Source: Acutalibacteraceae bacterium (GTDB lineage: Bacteria > Bacillota > Clostridia > Oscillospirales > Acutalibacteraceae). Taken from it: DNA of 61,921 nt. Made by a program: the position numbers and the translations under genes. The notes under the pieces are model-generated. The model did not search any database and was not told where the DNA came from. It saw only the letters and a program-made list of their open reading frames with translations. Shown piece by piece: positions 54,929 through 61,921 of this stretch (its first letter is position 1; every line of letters begins with the position of its first letter). The stretch spans positions 1-61,921 of the forward strand of contig JAZOBT010000089.1 in the NCBI GenBank assembly GCA_045596125.1, given 5' to 3'.

Positions 54929-57900
54929 TTATCGCCTTGTTTGCGCGCCGAGCACCGAATCAACAAATGTTTCGCAATAGACCTCTTCGCCGTTATCCAG
55001 TATCAAATACGCACACGTTTCGTATTCACGGGAAAGGAACGAGTAGCGATTCGCCACCGACGATGTCATTACGATGGTGAAGTCCATATACCCTTTGGTA
55101 TAATCGACTAATGTGATCGTGTCTCCCTCATCGTACGCTGTGGTTTTCCAGATACGAGACGAACTTCCTGCATTTTTATATATTTCGTAGTTGGCGAGCG
55201 TAAGATCGGTTTCGCTAGACGAACGCTTCAGCAGCGTACCGAATTCCACGACTTCACGTTTTACGCCGTTATACATTACATAAATATTGTTGCTTTCGAA
55301 GCTTGTGTCAGCCGTGTAGTACAAACGATTCAAGAAACGCACGCCGGTAAACTGTCCGTTTTCGTTTTCATACACGGATGTGCCAAGCGTTGCCACCGGC
55401 AGACCGGTGTCTGCAAACACTGCAGACAATGTGGTCGCCGACGACGGCATCACAAAGGAGAAGCTATTCCCCTCTCCCGCACCGAAATCGCCGCTGTCCT
55501 TATTGAGTACTTTACGGGTCTCGGTTTTCGGCCCACTGCGTGTCGCGTGCGTGTAACTGTACTGCAAGCTGCCCAGTTCCAAATAATAACCCTCATTCGG
55601 TTTCACCGTCACCACCACTTTGGAGCCGGGCGTGACCAAGCTGCCGCTTTGCACTTCCTTGCCGTCAACCGTTAATTGCAAGGAGCCGTTTTCGACATCG
55701 TCCACCGTAAGTGCGTACTGCGCTTGTTGCGTATCCTCGCCACGGGTCAGTACGAGATCGTCAACGTACAGAGGTGTGGAGGAGCTGTTTGCAAAACCAA
55801 AAATATCGTCACCGTTGTTTAAGCTATTCTCTGAAATGGTGATAAGCGCATCAAACCGTTTCCACCCTGTGTCACCGATGTCAACACCACTTAAATTTCT
55901 TCCTCCGCTCTTTTTTGAATCGTTGTCGTCGTTCAAATCATCGACCGCTGTAACGCGTGAAGACGGGAAATAAAAATACATTGTATCTGCGTTTTTAAAA
56001 CGGCCGGTGAACCGATACGTAGCGCCCTTTACTACACCGAGATGATAATAATACTGTGCACCCGCTTTGGGCTCGATTTGCAAGCAATGATTATCGGGCG
56101 ATTCCGGAACAACTGAAAATTTGGAAGAAGCAAGGATCTTCGTCGTCAATTGTCTGTACAGCAAATCGCTTTCCCACTCGAAATCGCCGCCGACAATGAC
56201 ATTGTGTTTAACGTGCACGGTGCACATCACCGAAATGCCGTTGGCGTTGGTGGCAGTGATGACAGCCGTGCCTTCGGAACGCGCCAACACTTCGCCGTTG
56301 CCGTGCACCGTGGCTACAGAGGGATTGCTGCTTTCCCACGTGAGCGTGCCGGCATCTTCACCTTGCGGCACCGTCACGGTCAAACGCTCGTGGTCACGTT
56401 CCCACAGCGTAATCTCGGTCTTGTCCAAGACCATCTCGTCCGACACAGTGGTAGACTCGCTTTGTTGCCAAATACGCACATAGTCCACTTCCAACGGTAC
56501 GTCTTTGGAGCCGCCCAAATACAAGATGGATTTCATCTCATTTGCCAACGAGAAAATCCCGGGATCACTTGAAGTACCGATAATCGTATAATCCTTTTCG
56601 GGATACTGTGCGGGAGCCGCCGGCATATCTTCGTCAAAGAACAGCGCCATCGTTTCTTCGCCGTCCAAGAACGCGCGAATGCTGTTTTCTTCCCACAGCC
56701 AGCCCATCACGTGCCACTCGGCATCGCCCAACCCGTGCATACTGTAGTTGCTGTTGCTGTAGTTGCTGTTTGTGGTTGTATCGTGTGTAGTAACGGTATA
56801 GTACCCTTCCGGAAAGCCTCCCGATACGCCCCAGTATTCCATCCAGTCCAGCTCTACCCAGTGCGATCCGTCGCCTCTTCCCGACAATGCCTTATTCTCG
56901 GTAAACGACCAAATAGCCGGCGATCCTTTGTCTTCTTCGCACCAATCGGGACGCGGAATACGAATTTTGACTTCCAAGTAGCCTTTGTTAAACAAGAAAC
57001 CATTTTTGGTTTTTAAGTCAGCACTATATAACGAGGCATTATAACCGTTCACCTCGTTCATTACAGTGAGGATGCCATTGCCATCTTGCTCGTAATCTAC
57101 GCGATAGTCGTTGGGGGTCAGTGTCGGTATCCCATTCATACGATTAACATACCACCGATAACCTTCTTTACCGCCACCTGTGGTGTCAATGGTATCCAAA
57201 CTATCAAAGTCATCGCTCATCGTCAAGCGGTCCATACCTGCCTGCTCGACAGCATCCGCCACAGCATCGTATGTCGGGGCTACGCGGTCGTTTGCTACAC
57301 GCAGATTAAGTTGATGCGTGTTATTGGTGTTCGTATCAATCTCGCCCACCGTGCACGAGGCATTTACACGCACTGAGATCATATGATCGCCTGCCACCGC
57401 CGTCCACGCTTCGGTATCCGTCACGGTGACAGTAGCGCCCGCAGCGATACCACCGGTATAGGTGAGTGTGCGCAGTACCGTGCCATTAGAAGCAATATCA
57501 ATGGTAATCGGTTTACCTGCCGGCACAGCAGAAGAACCGGTATTTTTGATGGTCGCATTGAACATGATTGGCTTACCCGGGGGTACTTGACCCTCCCCGT
57601 TATCACCTGTCCACCCTACCGAGTCTACAGTCAAATCCACATGGGGGAACAACACTACGTTATCAAAGTACGCGTCGTATGTATTCTTCGTGTTTGTAAA
57701 ACACAACGTTGTTTCATTTTCCACCACAGAGGGTGTTGTAAATTTGTAACTTATTAATTTGTGACCAATACTCGCGCCTCCGGAAGACTCATCCAGCAAA
57801 GTGTTCTCGCCGTTGGTAACTACCGTCTGAACAGCCTGCGAGGATGAGCGCCGCAGATAGAAAGCCAGATAATAAGTCGTGTTGGGTTGCAATCCGGTAA

Positions 57901-59167
57901 ACGTTTGGCTTAGCGTCTTACCGTTTGCAATTTTGGGCGCCTGACTTTTACAGTAACCGGCACCGGCGGTATAGGCAGAGGATAAAACGCTCCAAGATGT
58001 GTCTGTTCTGTCTTCAAATGTTCCGTTTTTTAATAGCGACGGATCCTCCGGCACTGTTACCACGCAGGATGCCGAGACATCGCCTATTGTTACCGTAATA
58101 GTGGTAGTGCCAGCTTTGACAGCCGTTACACACCCACCGTTCACTATCGCAACACCGGGATTGCTACTGGTCCACTGCAATTGGTTGGCAAACCTATCAA
58201 ACGGTTGCGTTGTTGCCTTTAAAATCAACGTTTTTCCCGGCTGGACGGTTGCCTGTGTATGGGATAACGTAACACCGGTGAAGGTTTCGGTTGAAAACGC
58301 CTCTTTTATCGAGAAATTATCCACCACCACCGGATACTCGCTATTGGTTGCCGGGCTATCAAATCTCAAATCATAGCTCTTTGAAAAAAACAAATTCACG
58401 TCTGCCCTGAAAATATGTGTATACGTTTTCCAGGTTTCTCCGTCGTCGGAGTCGGTCATTGTAGGTCCAATGCTATTCATATTAAACACACCGGAGTACA
58501 TTGTAACTTTCGATTGCTTGTATGCCTTGTAATCAAACCGCAACTCATACACTCGGCCGGGAACAAAGGAGGCAGAGATCGACGGTTGATAGTATATCGT
58601 TGCTTTTTTGTTCAACTGCAAACCGTTACCGGATTTTCCTACGCCCTCCACAATCGGTGCTGAAGCTTTCCAGCTGCTTCCGAACTCTTCAAAATCACCA
58701 TGCACAATAATTTCGTCACCGTATGTGTATCTCGAAGAAGAATAGACATATTTAGACCCGTCAACCACGACTAATGTACGGGTCGCAGTCAACGCGTTGC
58801 CGTTCGCATCCGTCAAATTCGGTACCGTCGCCGTGAGCGTAGTGGTACCTGTTGTTGCTCCCGCTTTAATGACACCATTGGTAATGGTCGCAAGGGCACT
58901 GTTACCCACTTTCCACTCCAATTCCGCGGCGGTATACGTTTTTGTGGTGGAATCGGTATACGTCACCGTTCCTCCGCCCAGTTTATAAGTGCGGGTTTTC
59001 GTTCCGTGCTCCGACAGGAGATACAGCGTCTCCGTGGTCGAAAGCACAAAGCTATCGGGGACTGCCGCTGCTGAAACAGGCAACGCCAACCCTGCCAACA
59101 AACAAGAAATTACGATGGCGAATGCTGCAACGCTCGCCATAAACGCCTTGATCATATGCTTCTTCAT
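54929..59167 (-). CDS. giant secreted surface protein: Big_2 + CBM-like + CARDB-like + GH16-like (ExDxxE) modules
   Basis: Signal peptide. Big_2 (LQWTSSNPGVAIV..., LTWESSNPSVATV...). CARDB-like (FNATIKNTGSSAVPAGKPITIDI). HWVELDWMEYWG and AEWHVMGWLWEE in a concanavalin-type domain. Confidence 0.8.
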   Translation of the reverse strand: MKKHMIKAFMASVAAFAIVISCLLAGLALPVSAAAVPDSFVLSTTETLYLLSEHGTKTRTYKLGGGTVTYTDSTTKTYTAAELEWKVGNSALATITNGVIKAGATTGTTTLTATVPNLTDANGNALTATRTLVVVDGSKYVYSSSRYTYGDEIIVHGDFEEFGSSWKASAPIVEGVGKSGNGLQLNKKATIYYQPSISASFVPGRVYELRFDYKAYKQSKVTMYSGVFNMNSIGPTMTDSDDGETWKTYTHIFRADVNLFFSKSYDLRFDSPATNSEYPVVVDNFSIKEAFSTETFTGVTLSHTQATVQPGKTLILKATTQPFDRFANQLQWTSSNPGVAIVNGGCVTAVKAGTTTITVTIGDVSASCVVTVPEDPSLLKNGTFEDRTDTSWSVLSSAYTAGAGYCKSQAPKIANGKTLSQTFTGLQPNTTYYLAFYLRRSSSQAVQTVVTNGENTLLDESSGGASIGHKLISYKFTTPSVVENETTLCFTNTKNTYDAYFDNVVLFPHVDLTVDSVGWTGDNGEGQVPPGKPIMFNATIKNTGSSAVPAGKPITIDIASNGTVLRTLTYTGGIAAGATVTVTDTEAWTAVAGDHMISVRVNASCTVGEIDTNTNNTHQLNLRVANDRVAPTYDAVADAVEQAGMDRLTMSDDFDSLDTIDTTGGGKEGYRWYVNRMNGIPTLTPNDYRVDYEQDGNGILTVMNEVNGYNASLYSADLKTKNGFLFNKGYLEVKIRIPRPDWCEEDKGSPAIWSFTENKALSGRGDGSHWVELDWMEYWGVSGGFPEGYYTVTTHDTTTNSNYSNSNYSMHGLGDAEWHVMGWLWEENSIRAFLDGEETMALFFDEDMPAAPAQYPEKDYTIIGTSSDPGIFSLANEMKSILYLGGSKDVPLEVDYVRIWQQSESTTVSDEMVLDKTEITLWERDHERLTVTVPQGEDAGTLTWESSNPSVATVHGNGEVLARSEGTAVITATNANGISVMCTVHVKHNVIVGGDFEWESDLLYRQLTTKILASSKFSVVPESPDNHCLQIEPKAGAQYYYHLGVVKGATYRFTGRFKNADTMYFYFPSSRVTAVDDLNDDNDSKKSGGRNLSGVDIGDTGWKRFDALITISENSLNNGDDIFGFANSSSTPLYVDDLVLTRGEDTQQAQYALTVDDVENGSLQLTVDGKEVQSGSLVTPGSKVVVTVKPNEGYYLELGSLQYSYTHATRSGPKTETRKVLNKDSGDFGAGEGNSFSFVMPSSATTLSAVFADTGLPVATLGTSVYENENGQFTGVRFLNRLYYTADTSFESNNIYVMYNGVKREVVEFGTLLKRSSSETDLTLANYEIYKNAGSSSRIWKTTAYDEGDTITLVDYTKGYMDFTIVMTSSVANRYSFLSREYETCAYLILDNGEEVYCETFVDSVLGAQTRR

Positions 59168-59351
59168 ACGATACTCTTCCTTCCGCATACACTTGCCTTA
59201 AATAGGGGTATACAAATATACTGTAGCATACACTACAAAAAAAATCAACTAATTATACAAATTCATGCAACATTTCTCGTTTTTTACAAGCAATCAAACA
59301 AAAGCGTACCGCTTTCTTCGAAAAACGGTACGCTTACTTTCCTTTTGCGTA

Positions 59352-61367
59352 TTATGCTTTGAGCTTGCGTTTGCGGATAAAGGAAATCGCAACAACAGCC
59401 ACTATCGCCGCGCCGCAAACTGCGACAACAATCACCAGCGGGTTAACACCGCCGCTCGGTTGATCGATCGTCGGTTGTTCTGCGCCTTTTTGCCAAATGC
59501 GCACATAATCCAGCTCCATCGGCATATAGCGACTTCCGGATATGTACAGCACCATATTCTGCGCATCCATTTCGGCAAATACGCCTTCCATGCGCACTTC
59601 ACCTTTCTTGTTATCGTGCATCGGAATCGGGAAAGAATCTTTGCTCCATTCCTGCTCACGGACGAGTTCGCCGTCCATAAAGCATTGCAAATGGCCTTCT
59701 TCCCACAACCAACCCATCACGTGCCATTCTTTGTCGTCTAACCCCTTGCGGAAGTTGTCTCTGCTGGTATACCAGTTCGTATCGGCACCCGGCACCTTTT
59801 CTTGTTCGTGCATCGTAATGGTGTATTTGCCGTCGCCGAGGTACTCCAACCAATCCATTTCCACCCAATGACTGTTGTGCCTGTGACCTTCCAACTCCAC
59901 CCAACGTTCCAACGGCAGCGACCAGATAGAGGGTATACTTCTCACCTTTTCCGGGACGGGCATACGCAACTTGACTTCCAAATAGCCTTTATTAAACGTA
60001 TACCCGATATGGGTATCGGGGTCTGCTGTGGTGGCACCCAGCGAATACTTGGTATCCGCGTACTGAAGGGTGAAAACGCCATCCTTGACGAAGTAGTCCT
60101 CCCGCGTCATATCGGTTTGATTCCATTGGCGAGCCGTGTACCACTTATAGCCTTTGTCACCGCTTCCCAAGATATCCACGCCGGAAAGATCGTTAAAGTC
60201 CTCACTGAACGTCAGATCGACCATTCCCGCTTGCGATACAATATCCGCCACCGTATCGTGCGCCGGCGTTATCGCCTCTTTGTCCACGCGGAGATTGGTT
60301 TGATACACATTGTTTTTTATTCCGTTGCTTTCGGATACGGACAATTCCGGATTGACATGCGCGGCGATCATAAAATCGCCCTTCTTGGCTTTCCACGTTT
60401 TTGAAGTAAGCGTAACACTCTCGCCGGCTTTAATACCGCCCTCGTGCGTCAAACGGAACAGTTTTTTATCGCCGAACGTGATGTCCACATCCACCGCATC
60501 CGTCACATCGGCCGTTCCCACATTCTTAACCGTAACAACAAAATTGAGTTTCGTACGCGGTTTGACCTGTCCGTCGCCGCCCGTCCAGTCCACCTTCTCC
60601 ACGGTCAGATCCGCCGCCGAAGGCTTCTCCGCAACCACAACATCGTCGACGTATACAATGGCACCTTCGGTATTTGCGTTCTGAAATACCAGTGTTTCGC
60701 CATTCACAGCGGCGTCGGTTGTAAAATCAAAGGATTTGGTTATCCAAGCGGTGGTCACATCGAGTGTGCCTTGCCCCACTTCTTTGTCACCGGCCATAAC
60801 TTTCACCGTGGTTTGCGACTTTTCGCTACCGCGAACCGCCAATGTTACGGTATACGTCGTATTGGCTTTCAAATTTTGAAGCGTTTGCTTGAGGCTGCTT
60901 TGATAACCGATTTTGGCGCATACCGAATCACCACACCCGCCTGCAGTTTCAAACACAGCATCGTCCTCGGTCGACCATGCCGCTTGACCCGCTTGTGCGA
61001 ACGTGCTGTTCTTCAAAAGAACGTCGCCACTAACCACGGTCACCTTGCACGTATCTTTCAAGCCGTTCGGCGTAGTCGCCGTGATGGTGGCTTCACCTTT
61101 TGCCACACCCGTTACCATACCATCGGATACAATCGCCACTTCCTCGTTGTCAGACACCCACGTTGTACCCGCCATATCACAGCCTACGGGCAATGCTTGA
61201 TATTTGATCAAAAACGATCCGCCGGGAAACAAGATCAACTCTTTTCGGCTCAGATCGGCGCTCTCCACCGGCACTGCTTCCTCTGCCGAAACTGCCGCGC
61301 CGCTACACAGCAACCCTACCGTAATCAGTATCGTAAGTAACAGTGCCAAGACTTTCTTTACTTGCAT
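59352..61367 (-). CDS. membrane-anchored surface protein: Big_2 + CBM-like + CARDB-like + GH16-like modules
   Basis: Start at MQVKKVL (signal peptide). HWVEMDWLEYLG and KEWHVMGWLWEE. C-terminal TM anchor followed by RKRKLKA. Confidence 0.8.
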   Translation of the reverse strand: MQVKKVLALLLTILITVGLLCSGAAVSAEEAVPVESADLSRKELILFPGGSFLIKYQALPVGCDMAGTTWVSDNEEVAIVSDGMVTGVAKGEATITATTPNGLKDTCKVTVVSGDVLLKNSTFAQAGQAAWSTEDDAVFETAGGCGDSVCAKIGYQSSLKQTLQNLKANTTYTVTLAVRGSEKSQTTVKVMAGDKEVGQGTLDVTTAWITKSFDFTTDAAVNGETLVFQNANTEGAIVYVDDVVVAEKPSAADLTVEKVDWTGGDGQVKPRTKLNFVVTVKNVGTADVTDAVDVDITFGDKKLFRLTHEGGIKAGESVTLTSKTWKAKKGDFMIAAHVNPELSVSESNGIKNNVYQTNLRVDKEAITPAHDTVADIVSQAGMVDLTFSEDFNDLSGVDILGSGDKGYKWYTARQWNQTDMTREDYFVKDGVFTLQYADTKYSLGATTADPDTHIGYTFNKGYLEVKLRMPVPEKVRSIPSIWSLPLERWVELEGHRHNSHWVEMDWLEYLGDGKYTITMHEQEKVPGADTNWYTSRDNFRKGLDDKEWHVMGWLWEEGHLQCFMDGELVREQEWSKDSFPIPMHDNKKGEVRMEGVFAEMDAQNMVLYISGSRYMPMELDYVRIWQKGAEQPTIDQPSGGVNPLVIVVAVCGAAIVAVVAISFIRKRKLKA

Positions 61368-61488
61368 ATTCTCTGCTCCTCTCGGTCGGTTTTTGTCTTC
61401 AGTATAGCATTTCTTTGCGTGAAAGCAATCGTTATATTGGCCGAAATATTTGTGATTTCGGTAATAAAAAATCACCGCCCCTCAAAAG

Positions 61489-61921
61489 TGAACTGCCCCA
61501 ATTTGTGCGGACAGTACAAAAACCGCCTTTATGGTAGTGAAAATTAAATTTTAAGCAACGAACTGGCATCGCTTTTCAAGTGGTGTCAGTTTTGTTTTTA
61601 GTTGAATGCGCTGATGATTGTAGAAATGGATGTACTCACCTATGAGGAGGCGAGCCTCCTCATAGGTCTGAAGTTTGGTTCGGTAAATACACTCTGTTTT
61701 AAGAATAGAAAAGAAATTTTCAGCCAAAGCATTGTCATACGGATTACCACGTCTTGACATTGACGGCGTAATATTGTATTCTTGAGTTAGCTTAAAATAC
61801 CCGTGGGATGTGTATTGAAAGCCTTGGTCACTGTGGAGTTGCAGCTCTGCGGTGACCTTCTCTTTTTTCTTGGCTTCTCTAATAGTACTTAACACAAGAT
61901 TAACATTCTGTTCGGTGCCGG
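61489..61921. mobile_element. IS3-family insertion sequence, right end (continues beyond the window)
   Basis: Candidate terminal repeat begins TGAACTGCCCCAATTTGTGCGGAC at 61489. A transposase C-terminus lies inside. Confidence 0.6.
61551..61921 (-). CDS. IS3-family transposase OrfB (rve integrase core), C-terminal part, partial
   Basis: HSDQGFQYTS...RRGNPYDNALAENFFSILKTE...YNHQRIQ (the D and E of DDE plus the conserved tail). Confidence 0.85.
   Translation of the reverse strand, partial: GTEQNVNLVLSTIREAKKKEKVTAELQLHSDQGFQYTSHGYFKLTQEYNITPSMSRRGNPYDNALAENFFSILKTECIYRTKLQTYEEARLLIGEYIHFYNHQRIQLKTKLTPLEKRCQFVA

Overview
Chromosomal segment from a relatively GC-rich, spore-forming Firmicute (Clostridia-like: spoIIAA-spoIIAB-sigF, T-box leader, ylxM-ffh-rpsP-khpA-rimM-trmD). 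Most of it is housekeeping. In order: ppdK 5' end; an OmpR/HisKA two-component pair followed by VTC + DUF4956; an AraC regulator; nnrD; uvrC; ptsH; the ffh/trmD operon; an Asp racemase; an MBOAT + SGNH O-acylation pair with a CE15-like esterase; galE; a ttcA-like gene; glmS-LbH-glmM; two flavoproteins; nrdD-nrdG with NrdR boxes; the sigF operon; T-box-cysE-cysS; pgsA-rimO-recX-recA; uppP; three large paralogous GH16-like/Big_2/CARDB surface proteins; and an IS3-family edge. The accessory content is the interesting part. (1) An 8,630-bp integrative element (34601-43230) has satellite/PICI-like gene content: int, S24 repressor, cro-like switch, ImmA, xis-like, CHC2 zinc-finger protein, VirE, and an iteron origin. 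It sits in frame inside an AT-rich XRE-HTH/TPR regulator gene. Its ends are the anticodon loop plus 3' half of a tRNA-Leu(UAA), so this looks like secondary-site integration by anticodon-loop mimicry. (2) The class III ribonucleotide reductase is split. nrdD ends after its zinc ribbon, and an untracked 51-codon ORF between nrdD and nrdG encodes the glycyl-radical segment. (3) A hairpin/AGTGATA repeat array lies next to an orphan promoter-terminator unit beside an AT-rich methyltransferase islet, with a second copy of the repeat unit at 43.5 kb. (4) There are untracked small ORFs: a 43-aa Asn/Gln-rich peptide and a 44-aa acidic peptide. All calls rest on reading the translations and DNA by eye. 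No database search was run.
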